From IMG/VR virus record IMGVR_UViG_3300025316_000011, positions 1 to 64,000 of that record: a stretch of 64,000 nt of DNA; one strand, written 5' to 3'. Positions 17,611 through 26,738 of the stretch are shown piece by piece. The notes beneath the pieces were generated by a model. That model searched no databases. It was not told the origin of the DNA and saw only the letters and a list, made by a program, of their open reading frames with translations. A program made the position numbers and the translations under genes. Every line of letters starts with the position of its first letter. Positions within the stretch are counted from its first letter, which is position 1. The stretch is from a virus.

Positions 17611-18309
17611 ATGGCAGCACAACTTACAGTAGGATTAGTTCACGTGATAACTAAGCGTGACCCCATTATGGAGGATGGCATTCACCAGACATGGGAAAGC
17701 CCCAACGGAACATTTTACAAATGGTTCGTGGAAATTGACGGGAAAAAAGGTACAGCATTATCAAAAGATACTGACCCGTGGTGGAAAGCCGGTGTATCAG
17801 TAGAGTACACCCTCGAAACAAAAGAGGGTGGCAAGTATGGCTTTAAGGGGTTTAAGAAACCACAGACGGAAGAAGCCAAAGGCGCACATATCAAAGAAGC
17901 GTATAAGGACAAACCATCTGCCTACAACGACCCAACTGTAGTTCATCAATTCGCCATGTCACAGGCCATTGAACAGACGATAAGATTATTTCAGGAGATT
18001 GGTTATGCTCCTGCTTCCGTGGAACAGTTGAGCCAAAATTTCAAGTTTTTATATTCATGGCTTATGGCTGATAAGGCGGCGACAAGGGATATTGTATGGA
18101 CCCGCGTTAGTTGCCTTAAAGCAGCCATCACCTGTATCAATGCAGGAAAAACATGGGATGATATCGGGATGGTTGTTGCCCCCGGATGGCTTTATACCTT
18201 TCTCCCCGACACTGACGGAGTAGCCCCGGAGAAACTTACCTCAAAATTAATTCGTCTTGCTGACGAGTTTTACAAATCACCTTCATCTCTAACCAAAGAA
18301 ACAATTTAA
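17611..18309 (+). CDS. putative ssDNA-binding/recombination protein
   Basis: N-terminal beta-rich OB-like segment (WESPNGTFYKWFVEIDG...GVSVEYT); lies in the recombination cluster; start reassigned from 17545. Confidence 0.5.
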   Translation: MAAQLTVGLVHVITKRDPIMEDGIHQTWESPNGTFYKWFVEIDGKKGTALSKDTDPWWKAGVSVEYTLETKEGGKYGFKGFKKPQTEEAKGAHIKEAYKDKPSAYNDPTVVHQFAMSQAIEQTIRLFQEIGYAPASVEQLSQNFKFLYSWLMADKAATRDIVWTRVSCLKAAITCINAGKTWDDIGMVVAPGWLYTFLPDTDGVAPEKLTSKLIRLADEFYKSPSSLTKETI

Positions 18310-18311
18310 CC

Positions 18312-18863
18312 ATGAGAGAAAAATCAATTTCAACAGCCATCATCATTGCAGTAGTATTTATTGCAATACTTGTTTTAACAATTCCTACATATATTTACTT
18401 CCAGCATAAAATAGAGAAAAAGGAATTGGGGAAGGTAGCCAAGCCCATGAATGAAACACAACTAAATACTTGTGGCATGGCAGTGGCAAATGCTATTAGC
18501 AAACATTTGGGAACAATGGGAAAGAATGAAGTTATCGGTATCTCCATTTTGTCTGATACCCTTGTCGGGACGGATGATACTACATCTGCCGACACATTGA
18601 AAGTGTATTACCTTGTTCATGCCCGATTCACCTATTCAGATGAATATTACGAAGATCATACCATTGCCTACATCCTGCTTTACACCAAACAGGGGGATGA
18701 ATGGATATGGGTGGGGAGAAACACCACTCTATGGTGTGAATGTAAATCATCGGGAGGGGTGTGTGATATCTCCTGGGATGGGAAAACGTTTGTGTGCATC
18801 AAACAGCCTTCCTGCGGATATGTATTCCCTTGCGAGATACATAGTGCATACAATACAAAGTAA
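18312..18863 (+). CDS. membrane-anchored extracytoplasmic protein with a Cys-rich C-terminus
   Basis: N-terminal TM helix; DTL/DTT/DTL sequons; 6 Cys in the last 45 aa. Confidence 0.75.
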   Translation: MREKSISTAIIIAVVFIAILVLTIPTYIYFQHKIEKKELGKVAKPMNETQLNTCGMAVANAISKHLGTMGKNEVIGISILSDTLVGTDDTTSADTLKVYYLVHARFTYSDEYYEDHTIAYILLYTKQGDEWIWVGRNTTLWCECKSSGGVCDISWDGKTFVCIKQPSCGYVFPCEIHSAYNTK

Positions 18864-18868
18864 ACCCG

Positions 18869-19858
18869 ATGTCAGAAGCACAGGACTATATCAGGATCGC
18901 AGATCACATAATTAACGGTACCCCTATCAAACCCGTTATTCAGGACTTTTCCGAGAAGAAGCCCCCCATAAAACTTTGTGAAATCGTTGACGGTAAGATA
19001 AAGACCATCATACTAAACCAGAGTTTTATGAAGTCTATCTTTTGGACGGGAACATCTACCGAATGGATTGGTTCATGGGACCTGCGACCTGATGCATGTG
19101 CGTACAGGGTTCTTAAATGCAACATTGAACACGCATTCAAATATCCGTCAAGTCCGGCAATGTCACTTGGAACGTATTTTGAGACGTTATGTATTGGTTC
19201 AGGCGCATACGGTAAGACCCGCGGATTACCCCGAAACACCCGAACAGGGGAGATAAAAAAGAATGAAGAACGTATTTTAGAAGCCGTAGCAAGGTTTAAA
19301 AAGTTGGCGGATGAATCAGGTATCTTAATAGATGAACGCAATACCCAGGTAGAGCAGAATGTCCCTATTCTCGACACAGGGTTCCCCGACATTCAGGTTT
19401 ATTTGAAAGTCGTGGCGGACATCATAAGCCCCTTTAAATGGAGGAATATTGACGAAGGACTTGCAATACTCGACCTTAAACTTACCGCTGATCGTCATTC
19501 AGACTTCTTTAAAGCAAGGGAACCGTGGAACTCCTTTTGTTGGTCACTGCCCGATAAAATGTCACATTTACAAGCATTGACATATTCCGCGGTATTTAGG
19601 ATGAATTTCATTAACCTTGTTTTTGACTATAAGGCTAAAGACGCGGGATTTTCCATCATTCCTGTTAAGACCATTACAAGTCACCCAAACGACAATGAAG
19701 CTAAACTACGTCACAGGGAAATGACAGAAGGAATTAAGAAAACAGTGGAGCAGTTGGTTGAATGGTCCGAATGGGATTGGCCTACCAACAAGGGTCCTCA
19801 TTGCAAAAAGTGTCCCGTCGAATCATGCGAAATGAAGAAATTAATAGAATATACCTAA
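18869..19858 (+). CDS. PD-(D/E)xK exonuclease (RecB/Cas4-like)
   Basis: C...GTYFE...VVADII...ILDLK...QALTY...C-x2-C-x4-C C-terminus. Confidence 0.8.
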   Translation: MSEAQDYIRIADHIINGTPIKPVIQDFSEKKPPIKLCEIVDGKIKTIILNQSFMKSIFWTGTSTEWIGSWDLRPDACAYRVLKCNIEHAFKYPSSPAMSLGTYFETLCIGSGAYGKTRGLPRNTRTGEIKKNEERILEAVARFKKLADESGILIDERNTQVEQNVPILDTGFPDIQVYLKVVADIISPFKWRNIDEGLAILDLKLTADRHSDFFKAREPWNSFCWSLPDKMSHLQALTYSAVFRMNFINLVFDYKAKDAGFSIIPVKTITSHPNDNEAKLRHREMTEGIKKTVEQLVEWSEWDWPTNKGPHCKKCPVESCEMKKLIEYT

Positions 19859-19871
19859 AAACACAAAACAA

Positions 19872-20276
19872 ATGAACAGGGAAATTAAGTTTAGGGTGTG
19901 GGATAAAAAACGCAAAAGATTATATCCAGTAGCTAATATTTACGGATTTACAGCAGATAACTTATTTTGCGATGCTCAAAAATTTGACATAATTGAGCAA
20001 AAACACTTTATATCAAAGATTCAACCGAATGAGTGTGCCATTGAGCAATTCACTGGACGTATAGACAAAAACAGAAAGGATATTTGCGAGGGTGACTATT
20101 TGGCCACTCCAGAACGTGATGTAATATTTGAAGTATGCTATGGAGATTGTGAAAATATGGCATCTGGATTCTATTACAAAACAAAAATTGGCAAGAAATA
20201 TATCATGGATGCATCATGTTCCAAAATGGAAATCATTGGAAATATTCACGAAAATCCTGAACTTATTCAATCATAA
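19872..20276 (+). CDS. YopX family protein
   Basis: REIKFRVWD...QFTG..DKN..I.EGD...EIIGNIHENPEL. Confidence 0.9.
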   Translation: MNREIKFRVWDKKRKRLYPVANIYGFTADNLFCDAQKFDIIEQKHFISKIQPNECAIEQFTGRIDKNRKDICEGDYLATPERDVIFEVCYGDCENMASGFYYKTKIGKKYIMDASCSKMEIIGNIHENPELIQS

Positions 20277-20296
20277 TCATAAAAACATAAATCAGT

Positions 20297-21718
20297 ATGA
20301 GTTATAATCTAAAATCAGCATCAGCGACAAACCTAAAGGGTCTTTCAGAAATATCAGTAAGTTTCGACCCGTCATTAACTTATTTAGTTGGGCCAAATGG
20401 GTCCGCAAAATCAACCATTGGACTTGACATACTATGGATAACCATGCAAGGGGTGGGAACCAAGGCAGCAAGCAAAGACAGCACCCCCGTTATTGCTGAA
20501 AGATATCAGGTTATCGGGGCAGAAGGCAAATCAGCCAAAACGAATATCGTACTCCATGACATTCAGAAAAACTATGATATTTCCGTCACAAGAAAGATTA
20601 CTAAGGATGGAACTGAACTTTCCTTTGATGCCCCCGACGACATAGTGTTAGATCAGCGATTCCTTAATGAACTTTTTTCTCTGTTCCTTATTTCCCCTCA
20701 AAAGTTTATTGCCCTGACACCGCGGGAACAAAGCATAGCACTCGGCATTGATCTTTCTGATATTGATAAGTCACTTAAATCAGTAAAGGATGAATTTACA
20801 ATCATAAACCGCCAAATAAGGGATATAGGTACTTTGACGGAAGTCCCCAGATGTGAAAGTGTTGATGTCTCCGCCCTTGTTGCCGAAAAGACCCGTAGGC
20901 TGGAATATAATCGTATTCAGGAAACGATAAGACTTGACCGTAACGACCTTACCGAAAGACTTGAATCCTGCGAAGCTGAATTTACAGAATATCAAACATC
21001 ATTACAGGAGTTAATTATACTCCGTGACACTATTAAGGCAACGTGTAAAGGTTTTAAGTCTAAAGGTGCTGTGGCTTACCTTCGCACATACTACCCCATC
21101 CTTGAACAGCAGATAAATGAGTTTAACATATCAATCCCCAACAGCAAAGATTACATTACGGAATACAGTAAGAAACTCAATTTATCCATGATACCGCAGG
21201 AACTACTTGAAATTGATGAACTGGACAATCAGATTGCTTCCGCTTCCGAGATCAACGTGAATGCCAACAAATACGCTGAATACGTTAAATCCGTAACAAG
21301 GCGGGACAAACTCATTGAGGCATTGGATGAAAACAAGCGTCACCAGGAGATATTGCAGTCACAGAGAACGGAGAAAATAAAATCATTCAATCTCCCATTT
21401 GCCGATTTGACAATTAATGATGATGGTGAGTTGATGTTACAGGGAAGGTATCTGAAAAAGCCAAACTTTTCCACCGGAGAACTCATAAAGACTGTTCCCA
21501 TGCTTATTATCGCTTCGATGAAGTCCATGGGTAAAGATATCAACCTCCCCTATACCTATGTTGAAGATTTCTCCTTGCTTGACGAAGATAACCAACAGGA
21601 CATTATCAATTTCTTTGCAGAAAACAATATCCAATGTTGCCTTGAGATCGTATCAAAGCAGGTAGGCAACGAACCAAACCACATTTATTTACGTGAAAGT
21701 AAGATTGTAACAGAATAA
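20297..21718 (+). CDS. SMC/Rad50-like coiled-coil ATPase
   Basis: Walker A GPNGSAKST, long coiled coil, signature FSTGE, Walker B YVEDFSLLD. Confidence 0.85.
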   Translation: MSYNLKSASATNLKGLSEISVSFDPSLTYLVGPNGSAKSTIGLDILWITMQGVGTKAASKDSTPVIAERYQVIGAEGKSAKTNIVLHDIQKNYDISVTRKITKDGTELSFDAPDDIVLDQRFLNELFSLFLISPQKFIALTPREQSIALGIDLSDIDKSLKSVKDEFTIINRQIRDIGTLTEVPRCESVDVSALVAEKTRRLEYNRIQETIRLDRNDLTERLESCEAEFTEYQTSLQELIILRDTIKATCKGFKSKGAVAYLRTYYPILEQQINEFNISIPNSKDYITEYSKKLNLSMIPQELLEIDELDNQIASASEINVNANKYAEYVKSVTRRDKLIEALDENKRHQEILQSQRTEKIKSFNLPFADLTINDDGELMLQGRYLKKPNFSTGELIKTVPMLIIASMKSMGKDINLPYTYVEDFSLLDEDNQQDIINFFAENNIQCCLEIVSKQVGNEPNHIYLRESKIVTE

Positions 21719-21741
21719 TTTAACCCTTTAATCATAAAACC

Positions 21742-22188
21742 ATGGCAGCATTACCAGTATTAAACAACTTACCATTTTCAAAGGTTCAGCAACAGAAGTT
21801 TGCAGAACAGGCTATTGACGAGATATTGTCAGGTGACGTTGATCCCTTGTCCGTCGACATAAGGCTAAAAGCCATGTTGGACACCATCGAGAAGATCCGA
21901 AAAAATGATCGGGTAAAAGATTATGTCCTTGACGAAGCGGAAAAACAAGGAGGTAAAACCTTCGATTTTCAGGGAGCCAAAATAACATTAGGTTCCAAAA
22001 CCACACGTGACTATACCGGCTGCGGTGATACTACCCTCAACGAGATGTACAAGCAGATGGAAAAACTCAAAGAACAAATCAAAGTTCGCGAAGCCATGGT
22101 GCTTACGGGAGTTAACCAGGAAACCGGGGAGATATATAATCCCCCTCAAACTTCAACAAGCAGATTCCTCACATATAAATTCATTTAA
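21742..22188 (+). CDS. hypothetical phage protein
   Basis: 148-aa ORF with a C-terminal ETGEI..PP motif. Confidence 0.75.
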   Translation: MAALPVLNNLPFSKVQQQKFAEQAIDEILSGDVDPLSVDIRLKAMLDTIEKIRKNDRVKDYVLDEAEKQGGKTFDFQGAKITLGSKTTRDYTGCGDTTLNEMYKQMEKLKEQIKVREAMVLTGVNQETGEIYNPPQTSTSRFLTYKFI

Positions 22189-22235
22189 CCGGCAATTAAT
22201 GGAAGCCGGAAGATCATTTAAAAAGTAATACTAAA

Positions 22236-22676
22236 ATGGTTAAATCATTACGTTGGAAGTCTGTGGATCACCTGAAAGGTCGGATTATTGACCAAGGGAC
22301 CCCGTCGGTTCAGCCGGAAAAGCCTAAAACCGGCAAAGCAAGTAAATACCTTAACGTCAAATGTGAGTATGACGGGCATAAGTTCGACAGTCTAAAAGAA
22401 CGGGACTACTACATTACGTTACAGGTATATAAGAGATACGGAGAAGTGATTAACATAGAACTTCAACCTCAATTCCCATACACTATTACCTATTCAAATC
22501 CCACAGACCCGGATAAAACCATGATTCAGCACGTAAAGTATATCGCTGACTTTAAAGTTGATTACGCTGACGGGCATACAGCCATTATTGACTGTAAAGG
22601 GATAAAAACCAATGTTTATTTGCGTAAGAAAAAAATCATTAAGAAGTTATATAACATTGATATAGTCGAAGTATAA
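22236..22676 (+). CDS. DUF1064-type endonuclease
   Basis: KY.N...DGHKFDS.KE...LQP.F...YIADF...DCKG..T..Y..KKK. Confidence 0.85.
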   Translation: MVKSLRWKSVDHLKGRIIDQGTPSVQPEKPKTGKASKYLNVKCEYDGHKFDSLKERDYYITLQVYKRYGEVINIELQPQFPYTITYSNPTDPDKTMIQHVKYIADFKVDYADGHTAIIDCKGIKTNVYLRKKKIIKKLYNIDIVEV

Positions 22677-23269
22677 TGGCTAAAACTTGTCTGTTCCCCG
22701 AATGTAAATCTGCTCGTTTCTCTCATGGTTATTGCCAACGGCATCAACAGTCACGTAGTGATTCAGATTGGGTAAAGAAACAGGAAGATAAGAAAGTGAA
22801 AATGGCTGAAAAGATGGATAAGGCTAATTCCGCGGAAACAGGCAAAAGAAGCCTTATACGGGGTCATAGACCAAGAGTGGTACGCAAGCCCACCCATAGC
22901 GAATTAACCTATCCTACCATACACAGTGAAGCCAAGGAAGCCATTGCAACACAAAGTGAGATATTCATGGAGATATGGGAAGAAAGACCTCATGTTTCTT
23001 TTCTTTCAGGCAGACCCATTAACATAATGCCCGGAACTGATTTATGGTATGTTTGTTTCGCCCATGTATTATCAAAAGCACTTAATAAGTTCCCGCGATA
23101 CAAACTGTATAAACCTAATGTCCAATTACTGTTACCCGAAGAACATACGCTATTGGACCATGGATATTCCGATCAGAGGGAACGTTATGCCAAAGAGTAT
23201 AACTGCGATTGGAACAAAATTTACGAGTTATCTGAAACGTTAAAACTTCAATACCCATACTTTATATGA
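22676..23269 (+). CDS. zinc-finger plus HNH-like nuclease
   Basis: N-terminal CxxxxC...CxxH; FAHVLSK...N..LL..EEH. Confidence 0.65.
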   Translation: MAKTCLFPECKSARFSHGYCQRHQQSRSDSDWVKKQEDKKVKMAEKMDKANSAETGKRSLIRGHRPRVVRKPTHSELTYPTIHSEAKEAIATQSEIFMEIWEERPHVSFLSGRPINIMPGTDLWYVCFAHVLSKALNKFPRYKLYKPNVQLLLPEEHTLLDHGYSDQRERYAKEYNCDWNKIYELSETLKLQYPYFI

Positions 23270-23505
23270 GCAGATACAAGAGCAAGGAACATCAGGAGAA
23301 GTTAAAGAAACAGGGGACGGGGATTTCGGTGGATAACCAAAATCAGGGTCATATCCCACATTCAGCATTAAAGGCGGGAGACGTAAGCCATAAGTCTATT
23401 GTCTCATTCCCTGAACAAAGAACATGGGTATTTTATGACCCTAAGAAAAAGAAAGAAACCGATGTTCAGTCTTTTTGGAAAGATCATATCATTAATCCCT
23501 TTTGA
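23266..23505 (+). CDS. hypothetical protein
   Basis: 79-aa coupled ORF. Confidence 0.6.
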   Translation: MSRYKSKEHQEKLKKQGTGISVDNQNQGHIPHSALKAGDVSHKSIVSFPEQRTWVFYDPKKKKETDVQSFWKDHIINPF

Positions 23506-23762
23506 TTATGTGGGTATCAAATCATGGCATGGATAAGTTTAAAGACATTCAGGGGGTGTCAATGAAGGATTTGGTAGTAAAAGGGAGAAAGATAATCCCG
23601 TCTCATTTCTTTGTTTACCCTTTTTACACGGAATGCTTAGAGGAACATCGTGCCGAACCTGGTTATGACTTTTACGGTAAATGGCAGCAGTGGATTGATA
23701 GCGGTCGTATCTTTGTCCTTAAAGAACAACCAAAAGCAAAAGAAGATGATTTACTAATTTAA
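23502..23762 (+). CDS. hypothetical protein
   Basis: 86-aa ORF. Confidence 0.6.
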   Translation: MIMWVSNHGMDKFKDIQGVSMKDLVVKGRKIIPSHFFVYPFYTECLEEHRAEPGYDFYGKWQQWIDSGRIFVLKEQPKAKEDDLLI

Positions 23763-23775
23763 ACCCTTATACATT

Positions 23776-23940
23776 ATGGCACGTAATCCCGAAGATTTAT
23801 CCGATTGCCCCCGTTGCGGGGGAACAGGTGTACTCGATAACCATTCATGTCCTGATTGCGACGGCACAGGTGATGTAACAGAACGAGAGAGAAAAGCAAT
23901 ACTCAAGCAGATGCAGATTGAAGAATGGAATGATATTTGA
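23776..23940 (+). CDS. 54-aa DnaJ-type zinc-finger protein
   Basis: Translated by hand: CPRCGGTG...CPDCDGTG (two CxxCxGxG). Confidence 0.75.
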   Translation: MARNPEDLSDCPRCGGTGVLDNHSCPDCDGTGDVTERERKAILKQMQIEEWNDI

Positions 23941-24037
23941 TTGATATATGTCAATGGGAAACAAAACAAATTTCCTTACCTTGTTAGTCGAATCAGCAAA
24001 CAACCGTTGTATCTTTGATTTTTAAAGTGAAAACGAC

Positions 24038-24238
24038 ATGAAGGATTATATAGTTATTCCGGCGACAGTAATATTAATGGGAATTATAATATTCCTTAGT
24101 ATCCATAAAGATCCTGTAAAGAAGTATGCAGTATATACTATTTACAATGGGTATATCATTGACTACGATACCGTCAGGGATACTACAAACCTCGAAAAGC
24201 CCATTGCTGGTTTCAAAATAGTTCACCGGATTAATTAA
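24038..24238 (+). CDS. small membrane-anchored protein
   Basis: N-terminal TM helix; DTV/DTT sequons; TATCTTTG at 24010-24017 upstream. Confidence 0.65.
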   Translation: MKDYIVIPATVILMGIIIFLSIHKDPVKKYAVYTIYNGYIIDYDTVRDTTNLEKPIAGFKIVHRIN

Positions 24239-24247
24239 GTAAATCCC

Positions 24248-24273
24248 CCAGGCTAACTATACTAGCCTGGTTT
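24248..24273 (+). terminator. hairpin upstream of the C5 MTase (weak terminator/attenuator candidate)
   Basis: CCAGGCTA...TAGCCTGG followed by TTT. Confidence 0.4.
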
Positions 24274-24286
24274 ATACAGAAAAACA

Positions 24287-25057
24287 ATGAGACATGGATC
24301 ATTATTTTCCGGAATAGGCGGCTTCGATCTGGCTTCAGAATGGATGGGATGGGAAAATGTGTTTCACTGCGAATGGAATGAATTTGGAAAACGAGTTTTA
24401 AAATACTACTGGCCCAATGCAATCAGTTACGACGATATCACCAAAACAGACTTCTCTATTCACAGAGGAAACATTGACATCCTTACGGGAGGATTCCCAT
24501 GTCAAGATATTAGCTATGCAAAAAGCTGGACAAGTAATAACGAGCATATCAACAATGGACTTGACGGAAAACGATCAGGATTGTGGTTTGAAATGCTCAG
24601 GGCAATTAAAGAAATTACCCCCCCCTGGGTGGTCGCAGAAAACGTCCAGGCACTCACGAAGCAAGGAATCGACATCGTATTACAAACACTTTCCGAAATC
24701 GGGTACGATGCGGAATGGTGTGTTTTACCAGCCTCTTTCTTTGGCGCACCACATTACCGTGAAAGAACGTGGATTGTGGCTTACCCCCACAGCATCGGAC
24801 GGGAACAAGAGAGCCTCATTTTCGGCAAAATCCTTAAGCAAGAGATTCGATACTCACCCCAATGGGAATTTAGCCGAACAATATGCAAAAATAACCGGAA
24901 AAAGGCTTTGCCCGAATCTTTTGGAATATATGATGGGATACCCGATGGACTATACAGAGATAAAAGAATAACGGCACTTGGAAATAGCATTGTACCGTTT
25001 ATTGCTCTCCAAATCTTCAAAGCAATCGAACAATTTAACGACCTACAAACCCAATGA
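24287..25057 (+). CDS. DNA (cytosine-5) methyltransferase, large subunit lacking motif IX
   Basis: Motifs I SLFSGIGG, IV GGFPCQ, VI ENV, VIII PHYRER, X RITALGNSIVP. Confidence 0.93.
   Translation: MRHGSLFSGIGGFDLASEWMGWENVFHCEWNEFGKRVLKYYWPNAISYDDITKTDFSIHRGNIDILTGGFPCQDISYAKSWTSNNEHINNGLDGKRSGLWFEMLRAIKEITPPWVVAENVQALTKQGIDIVLQTLSEIGYDAEWCVLPASFFGAPHYRERTWIVAYPHSIGREQESLIFGKILKQEIRYSPQWEFSRTICKNNRKKALPESFGIYDGIPDGLYRDKRITALGNSIVPFIALQIFKAIEQFNDLQTQ
24417..24971 (+). CDS. nested +1-frame small subunit of the C5 MTase (carries motif IX)
   Basis: 184-aa ORF wholly inside the MTase gene, with PKSGTMRNG, LWLTPTASD and C-terminal RLCPNLLEYMMGYPMDYT (motif IX-like); same arrangement as M.EcoHK31I alpha/beta. 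Confidence 0.75.
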   Translation: MQSVTTISPKQTSLFTEETLTSLREDSHVKILAMQKAGQVITSISTMDLTENDQDCGLKCSGQLKKLPPPGWSQKTSRHSRSKESTSYYKHFPKSGTMRNGVFYQPLSLAHHITVKERGLWLTPTASDGNKRASFSAKSLSKRFDTHPNGNLAEQYAKITGKRLCPNLLEYMMGYPMDYTEIKE

Positions 25058-25178
25058 AAAACAACAAACATAGCATAAAGCTGACTGCGCTTGCCCGTCA
25101 GAACAGGGTTAAACTCCCTGTGGTAAGGGAACGGCAGATAAAGGAATGCTCGCGGGTGAGAACGGAATCAGAAAACCA

Positions 25179-25261
25179 TAAAACCAAATCTATATGACCC
25201 AATCGCTTGAAATATTAGCAAAAGCCACACTCAACACTCCTGAATTTTTGGAATTTGGGAA
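25179..25261 (+). repeat. 83-bp perfect direct repeat, copy 1
   Basis: Identical to 26312..26394. Confidence 0.95.
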
Positions 25262-25478
25262 CGAGGCGAATATGGTTCGTCCTGTCGAAGTAGAAGATGC
25301 CATGCAGACGGCTTGTATTAAGTTTTCGGAATGGATCAGAAGTCAGGGGTTCATTCGGTGTTATGATTCAGAATCATCATGGATGATATGGAAATCAACA
25401 TCATATAATATTCAACACGGGGAATGGATTATAAAGAATACAAAAGAACTATTTGAAATATGGAACCAACAACTATGA
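25194..25478 (+). CDS. hypothetical protein
   Basis: 94-aa ORF whose first 22 codons lie in the direct repeat. Confidence 0.7.
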   Translation: MTQSLEILAKATLNTPEFLEFGNEANMVRPVEVEDAMQTACIKFSEWIRSQGFIRCYDSESSWMIWKSTSYNIQHGEWIIKNTKELFEIWNQQL

Positions 25479-26314
25479 AGGAAATAGTCAGTTACGGAGG
25501 AGGAACCCAATCATCAGCTTTAATTATAATGGCATTGGAAGGAGATTATAACTTACCCCGTCCCGACTTCGCAGTATACGCTGATACGGGTGCCGAACCT
25601 GAATTTGTGAATGAGTATATCCGGTATTTCATCGGGTATGTAAAGCAAAAGTATGATTTTGATATTTTCACAACGCAGCATAAAAATGGATTGGTGGATC
25701 ATCTTAAAAACGGTAAAAAACAAGATCGTAACGGTCAATTTTATACCACATCCGTTCCTCCGTTATTTACGCTTGCATTGGACGGCACAAAGGGAATGTT
25801 AATGAGACAGTGTACTTCCGGCTTTAAAACGCAACCCTGCAATAAACTGATTAACTCACATTTGAAACGGGCAGAAAAGTATCGGTTTTGGTTAGGAATA
25901 TCCTTTGATGAACGAAGCAGAATGAAAGTATCACCATTAAAGAGGCGTGAAAACTATTATCCGCTGGTAGAAAACTTCATTAACCGTGGCGATTCAATTA
26001 AATACCTGAAAGAAAAGGGAGTTAAGCCAGCACAAAGATCATCCTGTTTCTTCTGCCCGTTTCATTCAGATCGGTACTGGATTTGGTTAAGAAAATATCA
26101 TCCATCTGAATTTCAAAGGGCTATTGAAATGGAAACGGTTATGAATAATTTAGGAGATAAAGGCAGAGTAAAAACCGGAGACTTATTTACAAAGGTTATA
26201 TATTTCCTTCATTCATCCTGTGTGCCGCTTGACAAAGTGCAGTTTAAAAACGAAAATCAGTTAAACATGTTCCCGGAGATGATTGATGAATGCGATGGTC
26301 TCTGTGGAATTTAA
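25475..26314 (+). CDS. PAPS-reductase/DndC-like PP-loop protein
   Basis: SYGGGTQS PP-loop, ADTGAE, RQCT, GISFDE, SSCFFCPF, terminal ECDGLC. Confidence 0.85.
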   Translation: MKEIVSYGGGTQSSALIIMALEGDYNLPRPDFAVYADTGAEPEFVNEYIRYFIGYVKQKYDFDIFTTQHKNGLVDHLKNGKKQDRNGQFYTTSVPPLFTLALDGTKGMLMRQCTSGFKTQPCNKLINSHLKRAEKYRFWLGISFDERSRMKVSPLKRRENYYPLVENFINRGDSIKYLKEKGVKPAQRSSCFFCPFHSDRYWIWLRKYHPSEFQRAIEMETVMNNLGDKGRVKTGDLFTKVIYFLHSSCVPLDKVQFKNENQLNMFPEMIDECDGLCGI

Positions 26315-26394
26315 AACCAAATCTATATGACCCAATCGCTTGAAATATTAGCAAAAGCCACACTCAACACTCCTGAATTTTTGGAATTTGGGAA
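26312..26394 (+). repeat. 83-bp perfect direct repeat, copy 2 (followed by a 34-codon remnant ORF 26327..26431)
   Basis: Identical to 25179..25261. Confidence 0.95.
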
Positions 26395-26467
26395 AACCGG
26401 ACAATGGCGTGCCGGGAGTATGCTTACCTGAATGAAAAAATCGGAAAACCGAAACAGAATGCCCCTA

Positions 26468-26516
26468 ACGAACGAAGTCAGGACTTACCAACTGCCTGAC
26501 TTCATAACGTGTTCGT
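26468..26516. terminator. hairpin at the convergence of the + and - strand blocks
   Basis: GAAGTCAGG/CCTGACTTC stem extended by ACGAAC/GTTCGT. Confidence 0.6.
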
Positions 26517-26531
26517 ATCATAGGGATATCA

Positions 26532-26717
26532 TTAACCCGCTGCGTTATCCGTAGCGGGTTTTTCGTCTGGAACAGCGGGAATCAACTCAACAGCCATAAG
26601 AGTTTTATTAATAGCAACGAGGTTTGATAAAAAGGATTCCCTGCTGGTGTTTACCATAGCAACATGGCATAAGTCCTCAATTCTGGTCTTTGCTTCCTGG
26701 TCAACTAATATCTTCAT
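26532..26717 (-). CDS. hypothetical protein (possible fibre assembly chaperone)
   Basis: 61-aa ORF directly downstream of a tail fibre gene. Confidence 0.6.
   Translation of the reverse strand: MKILVDQEAKTRIEDLCHVAMVNTSRESFLSNLVAINKTLMAVELIPAVPDEKPATDNAAG
26534..26563 (+). terminator. intrinsic terminator candidate for + strand transcription
   Basis: AACCCGCTGCG-ttatc-CGTAGCGGGTT followed by T run, inside the 3' end of the - strand gene. Confidence 0.55.
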
Positions 26718-26738
26718 AATTTATCTGTTTTTAAATTT

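Noticed and set aside
18869-19858. Cas4-like nuclease as a sign of a CRISPR system
   Set aside because: No array or other cas genes seen; such nucleases are common in phage recombination modules
25475-26314. Calling the PP-loop gene cysH or a complete Dnd system
   Set aside because: No sulfate-assimilation or other dnd genes nearby; only a family-level call is supported
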